Shown one piece after another: positions 26,140 through 39,720 of a stretch of 64,000 bases of DNA. Within the stretch, counting starts at the first letter, position 1. Each line of letters opens with the position of its first letter. Source of the stretch: Mobula birostris (taxonomy: Eukaryota); assembly GCF_030028105.1 (NCBI RefSeq), contig NC_092384.1, positions 12,550,316 to 12,614,315 on the forward strand. The letters are read 5' to 3'. Position numbers and translations under genes: made by a program. The notes under the pieces are model-generated. The model did no database searches, was not told the DNA's origin, and saw nothing but the letters and a program-made list of their open reading frames with translations.

Positions 26140-29100
26140 ACTAATTATCTGATTCCATTTATAGCAAATGTGTATGATTCTGCCCCTTCTATTTCACTGG
26201 TAAAGTGTTAAGTGCTAAGGTTAGGCGGAGGGGTATTAACTGATTCATAGTGGGATTTTGGTGGCTGTGAACTAGGGAGAGGTTTGCATGTCCTGATCAG
26301 TTTGCAATGCATGGTTACTCTGCAAAACTGACCTCCCATGCTAGTGCAGAATGGTTGCTCAGAGTATCAATGTGGGTTTACAGCTTCCTGTCACCTGCAA
26401 GCCTGACTCTAGTTTTGCAAGGCTGATAATTTTAGCTGAGGATCATATATGACTTTTTGAGATGCTATCTTAAAGATCTCACCGAGTATGACTGCGTTGC
26501 TCAGGTCACGCCATGAGCATTTGCTGTTCTCCCTACATTGAAGTAATGGCGGTTATATTTTCAGTAAAGTTTATAAAAATAGGCCTGCTTTAATGTTGCA
26601 CACCATCATGTTACGCAAACATTCCAAAACACTTCATAATTGCAGAAAGTCCAGCAACATGGGAGCAACCACAGGCCAATTAGCCTAAATAACATCTGTT
26701 GTTGGTAAAAATATTCAAATCAATTAGTAAAGACATAATTAGAGCACATTTGTAAAATCATAATCTTATCAATGAGGTTCAGCGGGGCACAATCAAAGAG
26801 AAATTGTGTCTCACAAGGTTATTGAAGTTTTTTTGATAAAGCCTTAGCCAGGATGGATAGAGGTGTTCAGAAAGTTGCCTCACAAAAGGATAGGACAGAA
26901 TTGCCTATGGTACAGTATTAGAGATAATATATTGGCACAGACAGAGTATTGGTTGATAGGTAGCAAGGAGCCAATAAGTACAAGATTAATATTTTCAGAC
27001 TTCCTAACCTATGACCTGTGATGTCCTACAGGGATCAGGTTCCCCCACCCCACCCCTACCCAGCTACTGTCCTCTTTACCTGATCTCACTTATCAACTTC
27101 CAGCTTGTATTCTTTCCCCTCCCTCTACCCTTCCTTTCCAGTTCTGATGAAGAGCTTCAGCCTGGAATGTCAACTGTTTATTCCTCTCCATAGATGTTGC
27201 CTAACCTGCTGAGTTCCTCCAGCATTTTGTGTGTGTTCCTGAAAAGCACCAGCACATTCTCCCTGTGTACGGCAACACCCAGTCTGGTATCACTTCTTGC
27301 TCTCTCATGATGTCCCTAGCAGACAAGGTGAAGGAGAATGTACAGATAAGTTAGGAGCAAAGGAATTGCAAGGGGCAAAATTGGTCCTCTGGAAGACCGG
27401 AGAGCCAAAACAGATGGGGGAAGATCTTAAATAAATTCTTTGCATTTATATTTACATAGGAGATGGACGCAGAATCTATAGATAAGGCAAAGCAGCATCA
27501 ACTTCATAGAGGCCGTACAGATTACAGAGGTGGAGGTGTTTGCTACCATAAAAACATAGAACCATAGAACATTACAGCACAGAACACAGGCCCTTTAGCC
27601 CTTCTTGGCTGTGCAAACCATTTTTCTGTCTAGTCCCACTGACCTGCACCTGAACCATATCCCTCCGTACACCTCTGATCCATGTACCTGTCCAAGGTTT
27701 TCTTAAATGTTAAAAGTGAGCCCACATTTACCACTTCATCTGGCAGCTCATTCCACTACTCTCTGTGTGAAGAACCCCCCCACCAATGTTCCCTTTAAAC
27801 TTTTCCCCCTTCACACTTAACCCATGTCCTCTGGTTTTTTTTTCTCCCCTAGCCTCAGTGGAAAAAACCTGCTTGCATTCACTCTATCTATACCCATCAT
27901 AATTTTATATACCTCTATCAAACCTCCCCTCATTCTTCTACACTCCAGGGAATAAAGTCCTAACCTATTCAACCTTTCTCTGTAACTCAGTTTCTCAAGT
28001 CCCGGCAACATCCTTGTAAATGTTCTCTGCACTCTTTCAACCTTATTAATATCTTTCCTGTAATTTGGTGACCAAAACTGCACAAAATACTCCAAATTCG
28101 GCCTCACCAATGCCTTATACAACCTCACCATAACATTCCAACTCTTATACTCAATACTTTGATTTATAAAGGCCAGTTTACTCTGAGGCAAATCAAGGTG
28201 GGTAAGTCCCCGGGGCCTGACAAGCTGTTTCCTTGGAGCCTACAGGAGGCAAGTGCAGAAATTGCCAGGACCTAGCAGAGATACTGAAAACATTCTTAGC
28301 AACAGGGGAAATACCAGAGGATTGGAGAATAGTCAGCATTGTCCCACTCTTTCAAAAAGGCTCTAAACAGAAACCAGGATATTATAGGCCAGTGATTCTG
28401 ACATCATCTGTGGGAAATGTATTGGAAGGTATTCTAAGTGACTGGATATATAAGTATTTGTACAGACAAGGACTGATTAAGCGTGGCTTTGTGCATGGTA
28501 GGTCATGTCTAACCAATCTTATAGAATTTTTTGAGGAACAAAATATCCTCCCATGTCTTCGGCAGAACTTTGCCATTTCTTTAACATCTGTCTGTTTTAT
28601 AAGGCTGAGTTGCTAACTTGATGCTCAACCCAGCATGGATGGAAAGCATGCAAGGAGCCAGCCGGATTTGAAACTGGGACCACTCATCTTGAAGTCTGAT
28701 CCACATGCCATTACATCACCGGTTGAAGAAGTTACCATGAAAGTGGTTGAAGGCAAGGCAGTGGATATTGTCTATATAGACTTTAGAAAGACATTTGACA
28801 AGGTTCTACAGGAGAGGAAAGACACGATTGTTCAGTTGCTTGGCATTTAGGCTGAAGTAGTAAATTGGATTAGACATTGGCTTTGTGTGAGAAGCCAGAG
28901 AGTGGTAGTAGAGGGTTGCTTCCCTAACTGTAACTGGAGGCCTGTGACTAGTGGTGTGCCACAGGGATCAGTGCTGTGTCCTTTGTTTTTGTCATCTATA
29001 TCAATGATCTAGATGATACTGTGGTTAACTGGATCAGCAAATTTGCAGATGACCCCAACAATGGGGACAGTGAGGAAGGATATCATGGCTTACAGAAGGA

Positions 29101-31055
29101 TCTGCATCAGCTGTAAAATATGGCAGATGGAATTTAATGCAAGCAAATGCAAGGTTTTGCACCTTGGTAGCACCAACGGTCGAGCACTGAGGAGTGTGGT
29201 GGGACAAAGGGATCTGGGAATAAAGGATCATACTTCGTTGAAAGTGGTATCACAGGTAGACAGGGCTCGTAAGGAAAGCTTTTGGCACATTGGACTTCAT
29301 GAATCAATGTACTGAGTACAGAAGATGGGATGTTATATTGAAGTTGTATAATTTGTTGCACTCATTCAAATGTGTTTATATATTTCCTGTAGGACGTGAC
29401 CAAAACTGCACACAATACTTCAAATTAGGCCTCACCCACGTCTTATACAACTTTTGAAGGGTATAGATAGGGTAAATTCAAGCAGACCTTTTTCACTGAG
29501 GTTGAGTGGGATTACAACAGTTGGTCATGGATTAAGGGTTAAAGGTGAGAAGTTTAAGGGGAACATGAGGAGGAACTTCTTCACTCAGAGGGTTGTGAAA
29601 GTGTGGAAAGAGCTGTCAGCACAAGTCATGCATGCAAGCTCGATTTCAATGTTTAAGAGAAGTTTGGATAAGTTCATGGATATTAGTGGTTCAGAGGGCT
29701 ATGGTCCAGGTGCAGGTCAATGGGAATAGGAAGTTTAAATGGTTTCAGCATGGACCAGATGGGCCAAAGGGTTTGTTCATGTGTTGTACTTCTCTATGAC
29801 TCTATCTGTAAATTGGTGAGACTGATAGGAGCTGTTTTTCTGTGCTGGTGCCAAGGCTGTGGTAGATAAGCATAAGTATTTTTCAATTAAATCTCTTCAG
29901 TTCCTGGCACAAACTCTCACCCACCCAGCTGCTGAATTCCATCCTAGCAACTGTTCATTACAAACTATTTACAATCCTGGAGTTATATTTCACAAACAAC
30001 TATTGTACATACACAGAACATAAAACAGAAAATGCAAGAAACATTCAGCAGGTCAGAAAGTGCCTGTGGAAAGTGAAACAATTGATATTAATAGTTTACA
30101 AAGGAAATGTCTCTGATAAAGTGAGAGCAAAAGGGGTAAAAGCCTGCTTGTGACAGTTACAAAGGTTTAAGTAGGCAGGCACAAGTAGCCATTTACCTAT
30201 TAAGTTTCCTCCATCAGAGATATTCCTTTTCTTCTAGCCAACCCTTCATCTGCCTTCTCTCCAACTGAAGATTAAACAGTTATTTTTCTCTTTATTTCTG
30301 TCAATGGTGCTGCACCTGAAATATTTACGCTTCTTTCTCCCTCCACAGATGCCGTCTGATTTGCTAGTGTTTCTGGAATTTCTTTTTAAATTTCAGATTT
30401 CTGGACATTTACGTATTTTTGATTATTCATTTTTATTATCCATGCATTTTTATTGTTCCCTATTCAGCTTATAACATTTATTGGCAAATATTGAAACGAT
30501 GTTTGCTGCAACATTGCCATTTATTGCCAGACGTAGAAGTCTTTCCAATTTCTATCTTTAAGATTTAGGGAATTGCTGAAGTTTTGTACAAGTTGAATCT
30601 AAAATGGCAGTAACCTGCAACATTGTACTTTACATTTTCTCAAGAACATAACAATGCAAGAAAATAGGGGCAGGAGTAAGCCACCAGGACCTCAAGCCAT
30701 TCTGTATGATCATGGCTGGTCTATGCTGGCCTCAAATCCTCACAGCCCTTAATTCCTCAACCTTCCAGATTTTTATCCATCTTCACCTTAAATATATCTA
30801 AAGATCTGATTCCTACCACCCTTGGGGACAAAGATTAACTACTCTCTCAGGAAAGGGAAAATAAGTTTCTACACATTATTCTTTGGATGTTTACCATAAG
30901 GGATACATCATGAAACTAAAAATATAACTACTGTTGTCGGTACATACAGAAATTAAATATCTATGTCTGTGCTTCAACATGATTGTAGTGTTGTTATCTT
31001 GTTTTTCATGTATTCTGATTCATTATATTTACGTTAAAGCTTATTGGGATTTCCT
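26140..31055 (+). repeat. Tandem segmental duplication, copy A (contains a ~2.5-kb CR1 insertion absent from copy B)
   Basis: Collinear matches: 26200-27317 with 31075-32407, 29804-30050 with 32411-32625, and 30495-31055 with 33305-33870. Roughly 80% identity by eye. Confidence 0.85.
27318..29803. mobile_element. Cluster of CR1 fragments in both orientations, inserted into duplication copy A
   Basis: A minus-strand 3' end at 27545-28178, plus-strand RT pieces at 28180-29345, and a plus-strand 3' end at 29454-29800. Copy B reads gatgtccc-aga-atctgtaaattgg across this point. Confidence 0.85.
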
Positions 31056-31074
31056 TCTGTCCCTTGAACTTCAC

Positions 31075-33870
31075 TAAAAAAGTGTTAAGTGTTAATACAT
31101 TGGGAGAGGGGAGGAGATCAGTGCGATTTTGGTTGTTGTTTTGCAGTGTCCTGACCAGTTTGCAATGCATGGTCACTCTGCAACACTGACCTCTCATGCT
31201 ACTGCAGAATGATTGCTCAGAGTATCAATGTGGGTTTACAGCTTCCTGTTGACTGCAAGCCAGCACTCTATTTTTACAAGGCCCATAATCTTAGTTGAGA
31301 ATCATGCATGACTTTTTGAGATACTATATTGAAGTTTGAGTATGACTGCATTGTTCAGATCACCCCATGAGCGTCTGCTGTTGTCCTTACATTGAAGTAA
31401 TGGCTTTCAGTAAAATCCATAAAAATAGGCCTGCTTTAATCTTGCACACCATCAGACATACTCAAACATTCCAAAAGACTTCAGAGTAGTAGAAAGCCCA
31501 GCAATATGGGAGTAACCACAGGCCAATTAGCCTAATAACATCTATTGTTGGTAAAATTATTGGAATCAATTATCAACAATGTAATAGCAGCACATTTGTA
31601 AAGTCATAACATTATCAACGAGGTTCAGTTATTGGAATATTTTGATAAAGTCTCTGCTGGAGTGGATAGCCAGCAGATGTATTGAACTTCCAGAGTTGCC
31701 TCACAAAAAGTTAGGACACATGCCCACAGTATTGAGGATAATATACTGGCACAGGCAGAGGATTGGTCAGTAGGTAGGAAGCACCCAATAAGTGTAAGAT
31801 TGACATTTTCAGGTTGGTAACCTATGACCTGTGATGTCTGTGAGCGATCAGGTTGGAGGCTATTTAGGTGGAATATGAGTTGTTGCTCCACCAGCCTGAA
31901 TTTGGCCTCATCATGGCAGTAGACATGAATACCAACATTTATTTCTCTAACATCTGGTAATTTCTACCCCTTCCCTCTTCAATTTTTCAATTCCTCATTC
32001 TGTTACTATCTCACTCTTTTTCTTTTGATGATCCATCACATCCCTTTGGTTCCTCTCTTCCTTTCCTTTCAACAGGCAACTGCCCTCTCCTATTAGATGC
32101 CTTCTTCTTCAGTGCTTTAGCTCTTCCAGCTTATTATTTGTCCCCCCCTTCCACACCCACATAACTTACCCCTCACCTATCACCTACCAGCTTGTACTCC
32201 TTCCCCTCCCTCTATACTTCCTTTACAGTCCTGATGAAGTGTTTCAGCCCAGAACGCTAACTGTTTATTTCTCTCCATAGATGCTGCCTGATCTGCTGTG
32301 TACCCCCAGCATTTTGTATGTGTTGTTCAAAAACACCAGCACATTCTCCCTGTGCGTACTACAACACCCAGTTTGGTCTCACCTCTAGCTCTTTCATGAT
32401 GTCCCAGAATCTGTAAATTGGTGAGACTGGTAGGAGCTATGTTGGTGCCAAGGCCTTGTTAATCACTTGCCTGCCTGACATCCTGTACTGGCAGAGCATA
32501 AGTATTTTCCAACTAAATCTCTTCAGTCCCTGGCAAAAACTCTTCCCACTCTGAGCTGCTGAATTCCATCCTAGTACCTAGCAACAGTTCATTACAAACT
32601 ATCTACAATCCTGGTGTTATGTCTGACTTGAAAATGAATTTTGGGTATTTGCCGTTATCTTCACTAAGATTATCTGTATAATCACACTTATATTCAATTC
32701 TGCTTTAGTTCATATTCTGATGAGAGCTCCATTCACATATTCTCTAGAGTCACAAAGCAATAACTTATACAGCATTGAACTGGGCCATTCAGCCCATCGA
32801 GTATCCACCCTTCATCAATCCTGTTAGGTTCTGCCACTCACCTACGCACCAGAAGAAATTTGCAGTGGCTAAGTCATTTACCTCCCAGCACACCTTTGTG
32901 ACATGGGTGAGAATAGGAGCAACTGCAGAAAACCCACACAGTCATAGGGAGAACATGCAAACCCCACAAAGAGATCATGATTGAAGCTGCTTCGCTGGAG
33001 CTGTGAGGCAGAAATTCCAGTTACTTGCATGCCATCCAAAACCTGACAGTCCCAAAGTATCCCCACTTCAATTCCCTCATTCTAATCTCTGTTAATTAAC
33101 AATGTGGGCTACATCCTAACACAGCTCAAGCAACACTTCCTAATACCATAAAGCTTGTTCAACATTGCCTTCCTATTTTAAAATACTCATTTATATTTCT
33201 AAATCCTTCCATGACCACGTTCTTTATCTCTATAATCTAATCTAGTTTTCCATATGATCCATATCTATTCCCTTCTGAGCTCTTGATTACAATCTGATCT
33301 TCATCACTGCAACATTGCTATTTATTGTCACATGTATAAGTCTTCCCAGTTTCCATCTTTAAAGTTTAGGAACTTGCTGAAGTTTTGTACAAGTTGAATC
33401 TAAAATGGCAGTAACCTGCAATATTGTACATTACATGTTGTCAAGAACACAAGATGTACGAAGATAGGGACAGGGGTAAGCCACCAGGACCTCAAGCTAC
33501 TCAATATGATCATGGCTGGTCTATGCTGGCTTCAAGTCCTCTTCTGTGTCTGTTCCCCATAGCCCTTAATTCCTCAACCTTCCAAATATTTATCCATCTC
33601 TACCTTAAGTATATCTAAAGATCTGATTCCTACCACCCTTAGGGACAAATATTCATTAGTCTCTGAGGAAAGAGAGAAGAAGTTTCTACACATCATATTG
33701 TGGTGTTTACCATAAGTGATAGTTCATGAAACAATGAATATAACTATTTCTGCTATTGAATGCAGAAATTAAATACTTGTGTGTGTTTGGACATGATTGT
33801 AGTGTGGAATATTTTGTTTTTTATGTCTTCTGATTCAGTATTTTTAGGTGAAAAATTATTGGGATTCCTT
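31075..33870 (+). repeat. Tandem segmental duplication, copy B (~2.8 kb)
   Basis: Collinear with copy A, including shared old CR1 and Penelope-derived fragments. Confidence 0.85.
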
Positions 33871-33951
33871 TTACATTGGCTGACTAAAGATGTTGGCATT
33901 TGGGTGAATGCTTTGTAGTTGAGCATTAGCACCGTTACAGGTGTGCGCAAA

Positions 33952-34018
33952 ATGTTCTTCCTATTCTGGCTTAAAGCTTCTCGTTTTGTCATCATTCCTA
34001 TCTTATTATTATTAATGA
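33952..34018 (+). other. Candidate orphan signal-peptide exon (phase-1 donor)
   Basis: The ATG opens MFFLFWLKASRFVIIPILLLLM, followed by A|GTAAGT. No downstream partner exon was found. Confidence 0.3.
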
Positions 34019-34119
34019 GTAAGTGTTATAAAACGGGTTCTGATGTGTGGGATTGCACTCTGCAGGGAGATTACAGGAATAGCCATACTCACTGCAATGG
34101 CTGAAAAAAAACATGGAAC

Positions 34120-34590
34120 AGAGACCATAGAATATAGAACATCAGACAGTACAGCACAGTACCAGCCCTTTGGTTCACAATGTTGTGCAAACCTATATAA
34201 ACCTTTCCATAAAAATCTAACCCTTCCCTACTCCATAACCTATAACCCCCATTTTCTCACATCTGTCTGCCTATCTAAGAGTGTCTTCAATGTCTATATT
34301 TTATACGCCTTCACTACCACCCCAGCAGTGAGCCCCAGGCACCCACCTTCTCTGTGTAAAAACATTCGACCTCTATCATCTCCCCTAAACTTTCTGCCAC
34401 TCACCTTAAACACATGTCCTCTGGTATTGATCATTACTGTCCTGGGGAAAAGGAACTGGCTATTCACTCTGAACATAGTCTTATACACCTCCGTCAAGTC
34501 ACCTCTCATCTTCTGTTGCTGCAGAGAAAAGCCCTAGCCTGCTCACCCTACCCTTATAAGACATGCACTCTAATCCAGGCTGCATCCTGG
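34120..34590 (-). mobile_element. Old CR1 3' end
   Basis: ORF 34294..34509 reads MRGDL.EVYK..TRGH.FKV. Reverse tail at about 34125. Confidence 0.75.
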
Positions 34591-35364
34591 TACAGAATAC
34601 AGTTTGACTGCAGATGTCAGATGTCATAGATGCTCACAGTTCATATTTTAACTCCAGTTTTCCAGGGGACAACATCTACTGGCTATTATAGCCCCTCTTA
34701 TGCATCTCTGCCAAAATCTGGGTTCCAAGGAATGCCTTTGCCATGAACCTGTGAGAGCTACAATAAAGGAGCCCCTGTCTGTCTACTCCTCTTATACAAG
34801 TACTAGTTATGATGAGCTGGCTATATATTTTGCAATTGGTATGAGAGGGCATTTATTATAAGGATGTGGTTAATATTAGAGAGGTTTAAACACAGATGAA
34901 ACTGCAGTGCGAGCCTGCATGGACTCAATGGGCTGAATGATCTTCTTTGTGATGTAAGGAAACATGAAAGTATGGAAGTACAAACTATTCTCTTATCTCA
35001 GATTCAGATTCAAATATTCCATATTTTCACATTTCCTTATGTCAGTAAAGGAGACCATTCAGCCCGTTGAGTCTATGCAAGCTCACACTGCAGTTCTATT
35101 GCCCCACTGGTTTTCCTTGAATTTCATGTGATCATGACTAATAGGCAATATTAAGGGGTATGTTTACTGGAACTCCCACCTGATTGTAATCTCTGTAGAG
35201 CCACCTAATGTTGCTGACTGTTACCCCTGTTTGGGTCTTTCTGCCAGCTGGCTGTTGCACTCTGGTTGGAACAAGATCTTAACAAGCTTCCTTAACAACA
35301 GTACCATTAAAAATAGCTTCTACTGATCCTCCCCCAGGTCATGAACACTCGTACATATGAAACA

Positions 35365-35845
35365 CAAGAGATTCTGTAGATGCTGCAGATGCTGGACATC
35401 CACAGCAACACACAAAAAATACAGCATCTATGGTGGGGATTAAACAATTGATGTTTCAGGCTAAGACCCTTCATCAGGACTGGAAAAGAAGAGGAAGGAA
35501 GCCGGAATATGAAGTTGGGGGGAGGAGAAGAGCACAAGCTGGCAGGTGATAGGTAAAGCCAGGTGAATGGAAAGTGGTTGGGTGGAGGAGCGGAGATGAA
35601 GTGAGAAGCTGAGAGGAGATAAGTGGAAAAGGTAAAGGGCTGAAGAAGAGATCATCTGACAGGAATAAAGAGTGGACCATGGGGGAAAGGGAAGGAGCAG
35701 GGGACCAAATGGAGGTGATGGGCACATTAGGAGAAGGGAAGGGGTAAGAGGGGAGCAAGAATGGGGAATGGAAAAGAGACAAAGGGAAAGGGGGAGAAAT
35801 TACCAGAAGTTAGAAAATCAATATTCATGCTGTCAGGTTGGAGGC
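35365..35845 (-). mobile_element. Penelope-like-derived repeat with the best-preserved hammerhead core (35445-35482)
   Basis: The minus strand reads cagtc-CTGATGA-agggtcttagcct-GAAAC-atc-aattg. Confidence 0.7.
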
Positions 35846-36139
35846 TACTCTCCAATTATACCTACGACAAGCGGTAGGGGGTTTGGTGTGATGGATTTGA
35901 CAGCTACTTCAGAACTGCAGGCATTTTCTGCCACCTGTGAACTCAGCGTGCCACTGTATTTCTGCTTTGTAAACTGTCCACGTCATGAATGGTCCACAGG
36001 AACAGAACCCCACCTAGAGAGGATGGGTACTTTGTGAATATTCCAGTAATTTGCAAATCCAGGCGGCAGATGCTGTAGAAAGCCATGCCAAGCAATGTAT
36101 CAATCAAAGGTGGTGGGAGGGGGGGAAGCATCGAACTCA

Positions 36140-36347
36140 GACCATGAGAGGCCTGCGTTGGGCATTTTCATGCCTTACAAGGCACAGATTGGAAGTCCTT
36201 GTGGGGCGCCACTCCTCGCACAGACACTAGAGCAATGTGTGTTTAAGTGCCTTGCTCAAGGACATAAACACGCTGCCACAGCTGAGGGTCAAACTAACGA
36301 CCTTCAGATCACTAGCTGAATGCCTTAACCATTTGGCCACGTGCCCA
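36140..36347 (-). mobile_element. tRNA-derived CORE-type SINE
   Basis: Minus strand: A box TGGCCAAATGG, a decayed B box, and the CORE motif 'gtccttgagcaaggcacttaaac'. Confidence 0.65.
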
Positions 36348-37419
36348 ACACAATCAAAGGTTATTTCAATTTAACACTGCAAATATAACAACAGTGGCAA
36401 ACTATAAAATACATTTGATCCCCCGCACCCTCGCAAAGGTTAGTAGGGCCTTAAGTGAGGCTTTGCTTTCCTCCTTGGGGTAGGAAGTAAAATTAAAGAA
36501 ACACTGTAAGAAGGTTAAATCCAGAATTAGAAAGCTCCATGAAAATTATTATGAACAGAATTTATCTGTGACCACATAATTCTAATTTTATTTAGAGCAA
36601 TAGTCTGCAGGATAAAGAAGTTCACAAGGAGTAGATATTCAGCATAGCATTCTGATGATTTGTCATTCTTCAGTCCATATAATCATAAAACGCTGCTTTA
36701 ACTTTATAAAAGCTTGTTTTTATAAACCTAAATAAACACAATACTCTAAGAAATTCATATCATTTACAACCACAATCAAGACACCCTCGAGGAAAATTGA
36801 GACTTTATTCGAGGAAGATAAAACTTTATCAAGGTGAAAGTGGGAGGTGAGCGAGAGTTTCAGCACCGACTGCCTGCCTTGTGATTGCTACTGGAGAAGG
36901 AGTCTGTGAGCAGCCTATTGCAGTGTGGCTCCCTGTGGCAGGTAGGTAGGCCTCTCTGCCTTGTGTGGTGTTCCTCTTTTTCAATGAATGCCGATGATAT
37001 CGTAGGATGGTATTATGGTTCAGTGTTTATGAATTGGACTGTTGTGTTTATGGATTGTGGACTTTTTCAGGTTTATGGCTTTATATTCTGTGTTTTTTTT
37101 AATTGCCTGTTCCTTTTCTGTTTTGTTCTGCAAGAGGAGGGTGTTTGGGGATTGATATTCTGTTGAGTTTTGTTAGATTTTTTTTGTGCAAGGAAGGGGT
37201 TGTTTTTTGGTGGTCAATGTTCCTTTTCCATTTTGTGCAGGGGGAGGGGTATTGGGGGTTGATGTTCAGGATGCCATTCTTTTTTGTGTGGGAGGGTAGG
37301 TTTGATGTTTCTCTCTGAACGAATTTTAGGTTCTTTATTTGGAAAAGACAAATTTCAAGCTGTATGCAGATACATGCTTCGATAATAAATGAACCTTTGA
37401 AATTTTGAACCTCAGACTA

Positions 37420-38145
37420 ATTTCTAAATGGGGAGCAAATTCAGAAATCAGAGGAGCAAAGGGACTTGAGAGTCATCATGCAGGATTGCCTAAAGGTTGA
37501 GTCAGGGAAGGCAACTATGATGTCAGCATTCATTTTGAGAGGACTACAATGCAAAAAACAAGGATCTAATGCTGAGGCTTTCTATGCCATTGGTCACAAA
37601 GCATTCAAAGTGTTGTGAGCAACCTTGGGCTTCTTATCTAAGAAAGGATGTGCTGACATTGGAGTGTGTCCAGAGAAGGTTCACAAGAATGATCCTGGGA
37701 ACGTATGTGAAACATTTGATGGCTCTGGACCCGTACTTACTAGAGGTTAGAAGAATGAGGGATGATCTTATTGAAACCTATTAAATATTGAAAGGCCTAG
37801 ATAGAGTGGATGTGAAGAGGATTTTTCCTATAGTGGGGAAGTCTAGGATCAGAGTTTCTATTCTATCAGAATAGAAGGACATCTGTTTAGAACAGAGATG
37901 AAGAGGAATTTCTTTAGACAGAGGGTGGTGAATCTGTGGAATTCATTGCCACGAATGGCTGTGGAGGCCAAGTCATTGGGTTATATTTAAACCAGAGATT
38001 GATAAGTTCATGATTAGTAAGGGAGTCAAAGGCTATGCAGAGAAGATGACAATAGGGGTGAATGGGACAATAAATCAATCGCGACGGAATGGTGGAGAAG
38101 AGTTGATTGGCCAAATGGCCTAATTCTGTTCCTATTGCTTATTGT
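37420..38145 (+). mobile_element. CR1 3' portion (decayed)
   Basis: Encodes [19 protein letters not shown] and MRDDLIETY, with a 3' tail. Confidence 0.85.
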
Positions 38146-38559
38146 CTAAATACAAGGCATTTTCAAACAAATTACTTCTGTTTTACAACCCTAGGCAAGG
38201 AAGATGATATCTTTAACATAAAATGATTTCAAAAACTTTTCCTTGATTTTTTGTGCACAAATTATGTACTTGAAAAATATACTATACATAATTTGGATTA
38301 TGACTCATTATCAGGGTTTTTCCTGAGCAGGGCTCATCAACTTGAGTTTGTCATTAACATAAACCTAATCCTGACTTTTGGTGCTGACTTTGCGGAGTTT
38401 GCATGTTCTCCTTGTGACTGCGTGGGCTTCTTCTGTGTGTCCAACTTTTTCCCGCATCCCAAATATGTGTAGCTTGGTGGGTTAATTGGCTATTATGAAG
38501 TGCCCTAGTGTATAGGTAGGTGGTAGAATCTAGCGAGAATGCGGGGAGAATAACTTGGG

Positions 38560-39591
38560 ATTAGTGTAGGTACACACTCACCTACACAGGTCTTGATGAA
38601 GTCATTGACAACTGTGACATATTTATGCAGATCTGAAGATGAATTCCTAATGAAGGTCCAGTTCACCAAACCAAAGCTGTTCTGTATATGTTCCTCTGCC
38701 TCCCTGATCATACTTTTGCAGTCTTAGTGTCTTCAGACTGCTTAAATGCTGGGAGTAGAAGCACAACCAGGCAGGGGGTACAATGGTAAGTGTTCTTGAT
38801 GGTGTTGTTACAGTGATCAAGTGTGTTGGCTCCTCTAGTTCTACAGGTGTCATGTTGGTGGTAGTTTGTCAGAGACTTCTTCAGATTGGCTATGTAGAAG
38901 CCCCCATGATGATTGGAATGTCATCAGGGTTGCTCTTGGTGCTCGGCTCCTTCAGTGCCAGCTTGATGTTTGTCAGGGTGGAATGTACTCTGCAACTAGA
39001 ATGATAATGACGAACTCTGTCAGCAAATATAATGGTGACAATTGACTGGCAGATGTCCCCAAGTCAGGACAGCAGGACTGAGGCTTTTGCCTGCCACATC
39101 AGTGAAGCACCTGACCAGCCTGCCACTACCCTACTGAAAAACCATTAATAATTTTTCTCAAAATTTTCAACTAGCAAATTTTATTTTACTTAATTTCTCC
39201 AAACATACAAGTCAACTAATTTTCTTTCAATCTGAATTTAACATTTCAATGTGATATCCACTTCTTGTCAACAAGTAGCCTTAAATAGAATTGCATTCAT
39301 AAGCAAACTGACAGGAGAGGCAAGTGACATCATCTGTAGGTGGTTACCTTATGATGAACTTTCTCAGCAGTGCCTCAGAAAGCCAGCACCCACCACCCAC
39401 CACCCAGGACATGTCCTTTTCTCATTGCTATCATCAGGAAGGAGGTAGATAAGCCTGAAGGCACACCCTCAGCAATTCAGGAACAGCTTCTTCCCCTCTG
39501 CCATCAGATTTCTGAATGGACATTGAACCCATGAACACAACGTCACTACTTTTTTATTTCTATTTTTGCACTACTTATTTAATTTATCTAC

Positions 39592-39625
<34 letters not shown>

Positions 39626-39720
39626 GAGTTTTTCCCTCTATTATTATGTATTGCATTGTACTGCTGCCACAAAGTTAACAAATTTCACAATATGCATCGA
39701 TGATATTAAAGCTGATTCTG
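38560..39720. mobile_element. Rex-Babar/L2-type LINE fragments with an (AT)n(AC)n microsatellite at about 39590-39625
   Basis: Contains 'PTTHHPGHVLFSLLSSGRR' and a 'tattaaagctgattctgattc' tail. Confidence 0.6.

Noticed and set aside
34666-34840. Open frame after the 33952 leader candidate (GQHLLAII...YFAIG)
   Set aside because: Its phase is incompatible with the leader donor, and it has no Ig or other domain motif.
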